From Lytechinus pictus (lineage: Eukaryota): a DNA stretch of 64,000 bases. Positions 12,727-25,821 of this stretch are shown in pieces (within the stretch, counting starts at the first letter, position 1; every line of letters begins with the position of its first letter). Under the pieces are notes generated by a model. That model was not told the DNA's origin. It searched no databases and saw nothing but the letters and a program-made list of their open reading frames with translations. A program made the position numbers and the translations under genes. The stretch is taken from NCBI RefSeq assembly GCF_037042905.1, contig NC_087251.1, forward strand, positions 35,590,001 through 35,654,000. Direction: 5' to 3'.

Positions 12727-15700
12727 TATATGGAATTTAAAAAATATGCAGGTGGACAAAGTCTTGACTTGATAAAGAGAGGAATTACGCTAATAAGTTC
12801 TTTGACACAATTGCAAGCTAAGAAAATGAAAGCAAGTTATTTTCATGGATAATGAATGTCATTCATGTTTTCAAATGAAGTTTAAACATGTGGTTTGTTA
12901 CTGACAAGATGATATAAATCATGTGATGATCTAGAACTATAATGAATTAATATTATGTTTAATAATTGTTTGATAAATATTACGAGTTCCATCTGTATTC
13001 CTACTGATTTAATTAAATAATTCTGATTGAATTGAATTAATAGATTTAATCAATTTAGGTTATTTTCTTTAAAAAAAAGTTAATATTTCTCTCAATTTTC
13101 ATGATCATGTTGTGATTATTGCTAAAAATATCCTTTGAATTCATAAGTTACCAAAATGAAATGAATAATGTAAAAGTCCTTTGGTAAATATCTACCAGAT
13201 TTGAGCAGATGTTTATAATTTCATTGGTCAAACTAAATTGATGGAATACCAATATAAAATTTCCTGAAATCTTTAACCTTGAATTTGATTCATGCCATGA
13301 AGGAAAAAAATTGTTTTTGCGTAAACTCAACGGAATATGTTGCTTATTTTGTACAGCTTACGTTCATACAGAGTATGTTTGGCTACAGTCACACCAATGA
13401 AACCGACTCCAGTCCGATCAAAGCTATTATGTCAATTCGAATTGTATCGTCAGTAGGATTTGAGTCGCATTCGTTGGTGTGAACGTAACTTCACTGACTG
13501 AGCGTTGATGACACTATGCGTGAGGAATGCTGACTGATCGATGAAGTTAGATCTGTAATTATATTTTGAATAGCACATGACGCCAGTTTCATGGTCTATA
13601 TATTTTTATGTAGAGATGACATGATGAACAAATGTACATTGAGTTGCATGGTATATGGTATTATGGATCTGTACAAGTTTAATTTGGCTTAAATTTATGA
13701 AAAACATGGGGAGCGTTTCACCAACGGATTTCTCAGTTTTTTTCCAAAGGTTAGCGTAGTAATAGTCAAGATCTGACAACTTCTGAGACGACACCAGTTT
13801 GTGAAACGCTCCCCAATTCTATTTTTGTGTGTGTACTAAATTACACAGTATTGTATGGGTATATCCGTCCAACGTTTTCACAGTGTATTATACTTTTACG
13901 TGATATTTTCTTTGTAAATATTATATGGTATGCTTAGAATATTCAGATATTGTTTGATCTTCCACTAAATCTAAGTGAAGGGGTGCTTTGGTTTTATATA
14001 CTTTTTTGTGTTTCCAAAACCCCTTTCGTTGTATAAGAGCACGAGACATGACTGTGTTACATTCTTCATGACAACTGCCACGGCCTAAGTCTCTTTAATG
14101 ATCTCTGGCAATTTTCCCTATCATATTAAGGAATAGTCAACTCTTATCAGAATGTATGAAAAAAGTATGACATTCTAGCAATCAGAGATAAGACTGTAAT
14201 ATATATTTATATATCTCCCCTTAGCATATGGAATGGACAAATTAATTCCATGAACTTCCTTTATGATTACACTAGACGAGCATCAAATTAACCTGAACTG
14301 CCAGTAATGTGTAGACAAAAGTAAATTTTGCGCATGGTGCCGCCATTCATTGGGTTCTCGGGAGATGGGGCAACTTTCCCCGTTCCTACTTTACTCTGGG
14401 GTTCTTGGGGAGGGGGAAATATAGACCACATGTCCTTGTCAAGAGACAACTCACCAAAGCGAGAGGGAGAGAAAGAGAGGGGGAAAAGTGGTCACCCCAC
14501 GCTCCCGATTAGGCTCCTCCATGCAGCGGCTTTCCAATGCGCAGATAACCTTCAAGAAGACCGGTACATTCGTACAATATGCTGTTTAAAATTCTCTTTG
14601 AATTTGAAACGTATCTTTATTTTTTCGTCTAAGATTGGACAGTTTTTTTCTCTGTTTAACAGTGACGCTTTGTGATTATTTCAGAACCAATGTCTGTGGA
14701 ATTTGACAATAATAAAACGTCATGCACCTACGTACTGAAAATGCATCTTGTGTTCATTTTGTGAGGGTGCATATACGTGAGAGTGTGTGTTTTATATTAG
14801 TACAAAAAATCGTATTCATTTTAGTAAACTTTGACTGATGGCAAATTGCCCTCAATAAACATGCGTTTCTGTGTTTGAGATTTAGACCTATAGAATCTGA
14901 GCATTTTAAATACATTTTATATATTGTGAAAATCAATAATGCGAGCGCGAAGCACGCATATATTTGATATTCTGATATTTCTTTCAGGAAAAAAATGACA
15001 ATTTAATCATGAATTCATGAAAATGTTATCTTATTTATTGATCTAAAAAGCCTAATGAGAGCGCGAAATTTGTGGACATTAAGGCCTAAAAAATGGACAT
15101 TATTTTTAAGCACTTTTGTAATTATGAAAAGGATGCATGGTTTCATATATTATTAACAATTAACGCGAGTGGAAATCGCGAGCCGAAATTTTCGATAAAT
15201 TCATGAAAATAGGAAGTTAAGTAGTTTGTTACAAAATTACTCACCAAAGAAAATGCGAGCGCGCAGCGCTATAGCTGGTTTTGACAATCAAACCTGAAAA
15301 GGGTTATTTTGAGAACTTCATGGAATACATGAAGAGAATATAGTTACTTGAAAATGTTGATACTCAAACAATAAAATGTACATTTTACAGAGCACTTTTT
15401 GAAAATCAATTTGTTAATAAAAGGAATAATGAAAGCTCGATGTCAGAGCTGAAATATGTTTCGTATATTGCCTTCAAAACTTGTTATTTTAAACCCCATA
15501 CCAGCCTATGCGAGCACGAAGCGCGAGCGAAAATTTATTGTGACATAAAAGATTTTTTTAAATTTTCCAAGTCTTTCCCTCACATTATTTTATTTACTCT
15601 TCCTCTTCTTTTTTTCTCCTCTCTTTTCCCTTCTTTTTTTTTTTTTTTTTTTTTTTGTCTTTCTTTCCCCCGTTTTCCTTTTTCTTTGCTCCGCCAATAA

Positions 15701-16562
15701 GGGTGGCCCCTCGGGCCCCCTGGATCCACCTATGTCCTTGATGGTTTGTGTGAGAGTGCTTCCTGACTGTCTAAAGTTAAATTCAACCTTGTTCATAATG
15801 TGTAAGTGAGGGAATCTTTTTTTTCCAAGAATCGGAGGTGAAAGTGTGAAGTAAATTGGTGGTAGAATTTTATGGCTGTTAAAAAAAAATTACTAAGACT
15901 TTGTAAATTTCAAGACTGCCATTCGGTAAGTAAATCATGACAAGCGGGGAGAACTTTCCCAAAGGATGTGTCCTTAATAATGTTGTACTTCACAAGGACC
16001 TATTTCCGGCCTTCTCTCTAATTCTTAAGAATCTGTGGGAGGAAAATATTATACAAAAAATTAATTATATAAAAATCAATGAACTACAGCATTTCATTTA
16101 TTATGAAGCTGCTGCGATGAAAAAAATCAAGAGCGCTTGGTTCCCAAATACGTCATCAATTTTGAGTGGCTCTCTGAATCGCATTATCCGCATATTTTGA
16201 GAACATTATAAAATTTCTATAAATTGTACAGATAATGTAAACCATTTTAGTTTAACCTGGCTATCATAATAAACTAGAGTAAACTTTAGACTATGGTTAA
16301 TTAAAACTGCTATCAGAATACGGGCCCTTGTGGTCAACGCGGTCGCGGGCGGCGCCCATGACCGTTTTTAATGCAAGCGCGTGCATTGTTACGTCACTCC
16401 CAAATGCGCTCATACGTTATCAGCTAACTGTTATAATCAACGCGTTGCTACCAACTAACCACATTTTTTTCAAGCTTCTCATCGATCGGAACAAACGTTG
16501 AGTTCAGCATGTAAATTCGCAAGAAAATCAAGTGAATAAAGCTGATTTACCGGATTTCGACC

Positions 16563-18912
16563 ATGGAACTTGGAAAATTCTTCGTGCTGGTTTTGGTCTG
16601 CATTTTGCTCGTTTCGGGCAATGCAGACGCCAAATTCAAACGCGGAGAAATCTCTACCGAAGAGGTGAGTTGCAAGAGGATGAGGGAGGAGAGAAGGGGA
16701 GGGGCCTGGGGGAAATATGTACAAGGTGGCCATTTCTGATGAATGTCTAAACAATTGAGAAACCGCATACATTCGTAATTCCGAAGCTTCGTTATTCCGA
16801 AGGTTCGGATATTCCGAAGGTTCGTTATTCCGAAGGTTCATATTTCCGAAGGTTCGTAATTCCGAAGGTTCGTTAGTCCGAAAACGAAATGATTAACGAA
16901 CCTTATTTCGTTTTCGGACTAACGAACCTTATTTCGTTTTCGGATTAACGAACCTTCGGAACAACGAACCTTATTTCGTTTTCGGATTAACGAACCTTCG
17001 GAACAACGAACCTTATTTCGTTTTCGGATTATCGAACCTTCGGAATAACGAATCTTCGGAATAACGCCACAAAAGTTCGGATTAACGAACCCTTTTACGT
17101 TTCCGGATTAACGAACATCGAGGCAAAGGCAATTTACGTGTTTCGGAATTACGAACTTTCGGAATAAAGAACCTTCAGAATTACGAAGTGTAACCTGAGA
17201 AACAATGCAATCTGCTTTGGTTTTATTTCGCAAAATATCTACGTAAAAAGGCAGATTATGATTGTAAACAATGTAAAAGAAATATCATAAAATTCTTGAA
17301 ATTTCTTACATGTAAGGATATGCAACAACTGGATCCGGCCTTTATCGTAATAATGGTGTGCCGTCCTCTCTTTGCAAAAGAGACAAAATCCTAGTAATAA
17401 TTAACATATTTAGAGTTTCATTTGCTACCGGGTTTTCTCTACCTTCCCCAAAAATGGCCTTTGCAAGCTCATGGTCAATTAAGGGTTTTTAAAAAAATCA
17501 CAACACTTAATCTGTAATTGAGTATTATCTCAGAATGATTCATATTATAGAATAAATGAGTATGATATGGCTTTTTCCAATAAAGAGTCTGTGAAAATAT
17601 TGTTTTAAGTTATACCGTATAATGGTATCTGCAAAAGCATTGCAGAATGTTCAAACTTATAGATTTTACGAATATAACCGAGTTTAATGCACTGGAAAAA
17701 CTGGCAAGAAAAAAAGGTTATAAAAATTGCTCTTTTTTTGGAATTTCGGATACTAGTAATACTTACCTGCTTGCCTACTTACCGTACAAAGGAAAATATC
17801 CAAAACTGTGTTGAAAATCACATAAAAGAATTGAAGAAAAACAAGAAAAGCGAATCCCTAGTGATGATTAAGATGAATTAAAGTGAATTGACAAACATAA
17901 TACTGTCATATGGTGCACACATGGCTGTACGCACAAAAATTATCATGGGTATACGGGGCGGGCAAGACGCGTAGAAATTTCCAAAGAAACTCGAAAGCGA
18001 CGGAGCAAACGACCGAGCTTTTCTTGGGGGCGTTTTGGCATTTTCGAAAGTGAAATTTATGAAAATTATGAGTAAAAAATGTAGATTTTTTTTTATTTTC
18101 AAGCTGCTCCATGCCCCCCCCCCCCCCCTGCGTACGGCCACGGATGCACAGCTGAGAAAAGATCCAATAGACTGAAGAGCCCCATGATTACTGCATGTAC
18201 TCGTTATTAGAACAATCTATGGCAGGGAATTGTTTCTCACTAAAAATTCCCTGATTGTAAGCCTGCACTAAACCAGGCTCAGTCCTTCTCCTTTTCTTGA
18301 AAGCTTGGCTTAAACATATTTCCAAAACTATACTTGTGACACAAAACGTCCTAAAGCCGTTCCTGATTAATTCCTCGCAAGTTATCGATTTCAATAAATG
18401 AACATTTTCTTCAAAGAAAATATATATTACTGGATACAGAACCTGATTTTTAATGTTCTCTTCCATAGGACATGGCCTTCCTCGGGAATTTTTATTTCCA
18501 AAACAGGGAGGACAACGTCCTTAACTACACCATTAGATACCCTGCTGTAAGTAATCGACATACTTGATCTCATGTTTCTTAAGGATGTACTTCCGATTAT
18601 TCTGAAAGTTGAGATAGCTTGAATAATATTATTGTCACATTTTATATTATTGAACACTGCACATCTGAGTTCAAACCGCAAATATCATTTTTGTTTAATC
18701 TTAATTGTAAGAAAAACTTAATTGATATTTGTAAAGTTAATGTAACATTTTGTCATATTTTTACTTCTTCATTTTTAGGACAATAATCATCTGTACGTTC
18801 GAAAAATAAATTGGAACATCGGCATTATAAAATCAGTCGATGAACGGTTATTTTCCATAATATGTTATTATTAATGTTGTTTATTATACATGTACAGGGC
18901 CTTTATATACTG

Positions 18913-18958
<46 letters not shown>

Positions 18959-20531
18959 ATAACGATTAAGAATGCAGCGTGTTGGATAAAAAAGGAACAA
19001 AATCTACACCTGGACGAGGTTTTTGCATTTAGCTCCGACAAATTTTATTCAAATGAATTCAAAATTTTCGACGTAAGACGTCTTCTTCTTCTTCAGGGTT
19101 TCACGCACTACGAACAATGTTTATATGTATAATAAAATGCATTTTCTGTAGGACCAATGCTGCTATCGACTCGTCATATTCGATGAAAGTTCTGGACAGT
19201 GGGGAAGCATACGACCGAACGAAGATAGACTGGTAATCAAGCATTGTTTTTTTTATTCATTTATTTACCAAACACTAAAATCCTTATCTTTTTTATTGAT
19301 ATGACATTTAAAATGTGGGTGCGATCATTAAATTAAATATTTCGGTAATGATCCCAAAATATCAGTTTGTGTTTATTTTTTCTTCTTATCTCATTTCATT
19401 GTATAGAAACCGCGAAAATGATCACGCATATTTAACTTATTTACGCTTTATGTTTACTTTAAAAATAATAAGAGCATGCCAAAGTTTTAAGGAAACAGTT
19501 AAACCTCCAGCGGATTGCAGCAGGTTGCCAGACTTAATGCCGTATTTTTAAGTTATATTTCTGACTACTTGCTAAAAGACCTTCAATCATAAAATTCTTA
19601 GTACTACCTATGACAGTTTAATAACTGTATGTACAAATCCAAACTGAGTCTTTTGTATTTTGTGCTATATCAACTTTGAAATTTGCCCAAGAAAATACAT
19701 TTTCCTGGTGAAAAATAAGTGTCATTTTTAAACAGTTTATCACCTTTTTCATTACCTAAAGACCTGTCGGAGTAAACTTGATCGTGTAAAGGATCTGGAC
19801 TACAAAATCAAATTGACTGGCCTTGATCCTACTTGTCACGTGATCACTGATGACAAAGGTTTCAAAGTAAGTAGTGTTATAAAGGTAGATATAGGTGGAA
19901 GAAGTAGTAGTGGGCACATGAGAGTAATCGCAAAGCATGTCGGACAGACGTAAGTAAAGATCACGTGACTTTATTTATTAAAATAATTCATTAAAAATAG
20001 ACAAAATGTTTGTATATCAAAATATAAATGATAGAAACAATGTCATGCTCATACTCTTTCATAATTAAGGCCTTTGGGGAGGCTAGACTGCAATTTTGTA
20101 TTTCCTAATTATTATTACCCACAATGCAGTTCGGGTTTTTCTGGCAATGAACTGGCCGAAATTATGGTTAGTCTTATTTCAGGCCATTTAACTTTTGATT
20201 GAGCTGGACAAGTATCCGATTAACATATGAAGTCTTAATGTACTGGTAATTGTGACTAATGCAAGTGAATTAAAGCAAAATCTATCGTGGTATTGATTTT
20301 TGATGATTTTTTGATGAGCTATGATTTAACACGTGAGTGAATGGGGGTCTGTAATACTCATGTGAGCCCTAGTGGGAGTAGTAGAGGTAGTAGTAGAAGT
20401 AGTAGTATAGTTGTAGTAGAAGTAGTAATTCTAGTATTAGTAGTAGTAGTAGTAGTATTAGTAGCAGTAGTAGTAGTAATAGTATAGTAGATGTATTTGT
20501 AGTAGTAGTAGTAGTAGTAGCAGCAGCAGTA

Positions 20532-20564
<33 letters not shown>

Positions 20565-20587
20565 ATGTAGAAGTAGTAGTAGAAGTA

Positions 20588-20620
<33 letters not shown>

Positions 20621-23600
20621 ATTCTGAATTTATACATTCCCAATGCTTGTCTAAAGACAGCCATGTCTTCTATCTTTTTGTTCAGTGGCTTGTTTGTCAA
20701 GATACCATCACCTTCGAATCCCGACAGCGACCACAGAACTACTTCGTAACGTTGGCAAATTGTAGGAGTAATAGAAAGGGTTTAAGGAACGTCTCATACA
20801 TCTTGCATATGACCAATGGGAAAAATGGTCTGATGAAAGAATTTGCGGAAAATCAAAAATGTGAGATTTGTCAATATTTTTATATTATTTATCTAAGACG
20901 TACAATTGTGCCTCAAAATTGGATACAAAATTTAAGAAAAATATAATTAATGAATAAAAGTATAGCATTTATAATCAGTTGAACTTAGTAATCATGGAAG
21001 CTTAATTTTTTGAGGGCCCCGATCGAGGTTTAATATTGGATGAGAAAAAATAGTTATCGATAAAAGGAGAATAACTTATTTATTGACTATATTCAATTCA
21101 TGCAATTTTCGAGCGTTATACTGATAGTTTGGTTAGCTAATTGATATATTGATTGATTGATTGATTGTTTTGCTTGATTTACTTACTGATTGATTGGTTG
21201 GTTGATTGATTGATTTATTTTTTTTATTGAGTGAGTGAGTGAGGGTGTGTGTGGGTGTGTATGCGGGTGGGTGAGGGTGTGTGTGTAAGTGAGTAAATGT
21301 TTGGACTATTGTGAGTGATCGATCGATTAAAGTATCAATTAAGTTTTTAAAAAGTTCCTCATTTAACGAAGTACAAATATCATTATTGTTTCTTTTAGTC
21401 TTAATGGAGACTGACTTGGCCTTCTTTCTTGGATACGTGGCGATGACTATCGTGGCTACTCGATTTAGATGTAAGTTTATTATCACTCATAAATTCCAAT
21501 TTATATCATGTCCCTTTTTTAGAGTAGATATTTTAAAATCTTACAATTGTGAAAGGCATTTGTCTATTTTTTAATGTCAACATTTATCTTTCCTAAATGG
21601 AAAATATCTTATCTATTTTGAGGGAGGATATGCACAATCAGACTCTGGTATGAATTAAACCTATACTTTCACTTATTATTATGTGATTTCATTCTTATTC
21701 TAGACGTCTTGTCGCTGAGGAAACTACTGCACCTAACCTATCGGCTATTCTACAGCAGTCTGTTCTTCAAGACAGTGTGTCTTCTACTCCTAAACATCGA
21801 TTTATCGAGGTTTGCCCGGACCGGACTTGAAATGACTAAGATGCAAGACGCTGGTAATTGTATAGCTAAAAGAGAAAACGGCAATCTTTACTAAAACTTG
21901 TAATAAATTAAATATTCTAAATTTATCCATGTATTCATCGGTACTGCTGTCTTCAAATTAATAAATAAACAAGTAAATAAATAAATAAATAAAAACATGT
22001 AAAGAATAATGATGAGGTTTTTACGCAATGAAAACTTCTCATCGAAAAGTAATTTATTAATTGAAATGATTTATATCTGTATTGTTTTTAGCTGAGGTTT
22101 TCTCGTGGCTGTCTACGGTTTTCTTTGTGTGTGTTCTGCTGATTGTGTCAAAGGGGTTCTCTATTACCAGGTAAGTACTACCTCACACAATGTCAAGATA
22201 AATTAATGTAAATAAGCTCATACATGATAGACACGTTAATCAAGTGGTTCAAATTTGGATGTTTCTTTCCAATATTAAGAAATGAAGTTTTAAGTTTGCA
22301 ACCTAAAAGAAACAATGACATCACCATTTGTGGTGTCATCTTACACATTGGTGTAAAAAGATATCCCCTTTATTGTTATCATTTGCATCCGGACATTCAA
22401 ATGAACAATTTTTACATCTTATAAGGGTGTGAATTCGTATCTTACATGGCTTATCGCTGCAACCTGTGTTAAAAACTTCATCATAAAGGTGCGTATTTTG
22501 TTTGATAGCCAATTTGAGCAAACCCTTGTGCTATTTCATTGAGTTCAACTTTGAAACTTTGAACACACATTAATTCGTCCTGAAGGAAATTAATGAGCTT
22601 TGATACTTGCAGCATGGTTTACATCAATTACTTGTTGCCATGTCTGATAAGCCTCTGACATGCTATTAGTTGTCGAGAGCAACGCTTGTCTGAAAAGTAC
22701 ATGGACACAATTAAATGTTGGTAAACATGTCAAATGAAGGTGGTGACGGTGATGTTGATGAAGATGGAATTGTTGATGGTCTTGATGATGATGATGATGG
22801 TGATGATCGTGATCATCATCGTGATGATGAAAAGGAAGACAACAATATCACGTTTCCTTCCTACAGAGCTCAGATAAGCCTACCTGGAACAGTGAAGACA
22901 ATAGTGTTTGGTGCTATCTACTTGACATTCTACACTATCGTCTTCTTTGACCAACGTGTGCTCCTTGACCCCCAAGACATCATTACCAGTACGACGTCAC
23001 TATCAGCAAGCGGTTTGATTGGCCTTAAGTTTACTGGTAAGAGAGTGTTTAGTTATATCAAGAAGGTGAAAAGACCAGCAGAATTGTGAGACCACAGTAA
23101 TCTTTTGAAAATTGATAGCACTGATTAGATCAGCTCATTCAAATCCTTGATTTTTTTTCGCTGAGAAGCACTATCTGTTTTATGCCAGAGAAAGCGTGTT
23201 GAAGTATATATATTATCATTATCCACTCCTATTACTAATATGATAATCCCAAAATGTTGTGTCGTAATCAACAACGGCATAATAATCATATTTTGGCTGT
23301 TGGTATACACAAAATATAATCTCTCTCTCTTTCCTTTCATTTATTAGGGGCCATCATATTCGTATACGGCTGTATGGTAACGATCAAGAACCACCCAAGA
23401 AAGGTGCCCTTCTATTTACCATTCGCTATCTTCTTTAGTGTTTGGTTTGTAGCTGAGCCTACCTATCGACTTTTATCCTTGTACGTCTACCCAGTTCTGA
23501 AAAGGTATGTATTCTTATTTTCATATATCCATCACATAAACAGGAACTTATCAGAATGAAATTAATCTGCTTAGAAACACATACAGCAAAATAATCTTCC

Positions 23601-25790
23601 GTTTACATTAGAAACTGGTGGATTTCAAACCAACACGAGAATTTGCCCACTCAAAATATCGAAAAAGATTTTATTTTCCTTGAAATATATAAAATATTAT
23701 ATATAAAATAATGATGCACTCGAAAAGATCAACTTAATCGAAGAGTTATATCATGTTAGTAAGTACAACAAGAGGCACACTTTTGAATATTTACCTCTTT
23801 GGGCTTGCTTACTTTCGAATGCAAGATATAGGCCTTATGTATTTTCCTTTGATTAAAAAGTAGATAACAATGATACTAATAATAGTAATAATAATAATAA
23901 TGATAGCTGGATTTATAAAGCGCTTTTTGCCTGAGGATACAAAGCGCTGCTATCATTACCCAGGCTTTAGCTGTGCTGCCATATTATAGGCGCTAGATAT
24001 ATTCGAAAGCAAGTGTGTATACTAACTATTGATATGTGAGGTAGAGCTCAGGGGATCTTCCTTCCACTTTTTCACAACTCCCATACATGTATATATATAC
24101 ATATATATATATATAGGAATTTTCCTCCCCTCTGGTCTACCAATGGTTTCGCGCCTCGATCACAGGCGGCTGTGAACTTGATACATTTCAATTTAATTTG
24201 TATATATATACCTAACCCTTATGGTCCTGACACACACACAAAATATATACAATGCACAAAATTATTTTAAAAAGGAGTAACGAAATATTAGGTTTTATTT
24301 TCCACAATCACATAACATGGGTGAAATGAGTCTTGAGTATGCAAATAAAACCTGACCCAAAATTATTCTAGTTTATCACAAGTTTACATGAATCATACTT
24401 CTTTCTCTTTTTAGTCCAAATATCTGGAATGGGATCGACCTGGCTTTGTCTTTTGCTGGACACGCCTATTTCCTGTATTTAACGCGACCGGACCGTCTTA
24501 ATAAACGGTTCCCTTTCCATCTGCGTGCAGGCAAGGTATAAAAGGCGATTGCATCATTTTTCTTTTAAATATACATATTTATTTTTTATGTGTCTATTTA
24601 TTTATATTTTTATTTTATTATATTTATTCTTTTTTTTTCTATTTTCATTTTTCTTGGGGTATTTCATGTTCTGCTTTTCCCATTAACATCGTGTATCTAC
24701 AATTTTCGAAAATATGTGTTGTGGTTACATTGCCATGAAAGACATTTAGGAAATTATCTTAGACTTTACTCAAAGAAATATTATGTTGAAATCATCATTT
24801 AATTTCTGCTGTAAGGAAAAATCGTAATAATAAAAAAGCAATTATGGGAGTTTATATTTGGATCATTTGTGGCTTATTTTTTCTTTAGGTTTCTTTCCGT
24901 GATATCGATGAGAACGTAGAAGATCTCTATACTCCATCGAATGACTTCTATTCAGTTTTCCAAACTGGGAAGAAACAGGATACCAGAACTGGAACGACAC
25001 TGACTATCCCTGAAGAACCCCATCACTTTGAAACACCTGTGGTAAGTATTTATAATTCCTTATACTTTTTCATTATTAACAAGTTTGATAATAATATGAC
25101 TAAAAATTGATTAAATCTAACCATCATCATGGTCATGTGGATAATGTCTTTCTAAGTAAACAAAAAATATATATTGGAACATGATAGCTCATTTAACCAA
25201 TTTGAAAAAAAAAATATTGATAGGGGCAAATTAGGGAGGATTACCCAATGTTCAATCAATGGCAAACAGAAATTATTGAGAGTGTTGTTTAAAATTTCAT
25301 TTTCTTCTAAATTAAGATGCCTTTCAACGCACCTTCGGAAGAGTGCCTGGCTGTTCTTCCTCGACCATCCTCATCTGAGATACCAACCGTGTCTGCTACT
25401 GTCGACCTATCGTACCGAACACCCTCACCGGTTATACAAACGGTATCTGGTACTGTCCAGACACAGGCACCTACAACGCCCTCGGTATTTGTTCCCATGC
25501 CTTCGGTAGTGACTAAGCAGTCATTTAAGATCACCCCTGCTGGGTCACCAAGCTGTAAGCTACGCATGAAACAAATTCCTGAGAAAGACCGGGCGGCTTT
25601 TGGGATTTCTACGGTAGGTTGAAAAGAGTTCTTGATCTGAAGTATTATTAAAAGAAATTACTTGTTTATTTTCTACAAGATTTACATCTGTCATCCAGTC
25701 ACCCATAAGTCTGCCCAGAATTCCCAGTTATTAGGTTTCTTAATATAAATATATATGATGATACATAGTCATAATACCACCCCCCCCCCC

Positions 25791-25821
<31 letters not shown>

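Noticed and set aside
16764..17195. CRISPR-like array (also 49321-49600 and 58720-59340)
   Set aside because: No unique spacers, no cas genes, eukaryotic context; explained as MITE subrepeats or satellites.
18779..18846. Extra TMEM145-like exon after a good acceptor
   Set aside because: 68 nt is not frame-preserving, the donor is weak, and the flanking exons already align contiguously to the family.
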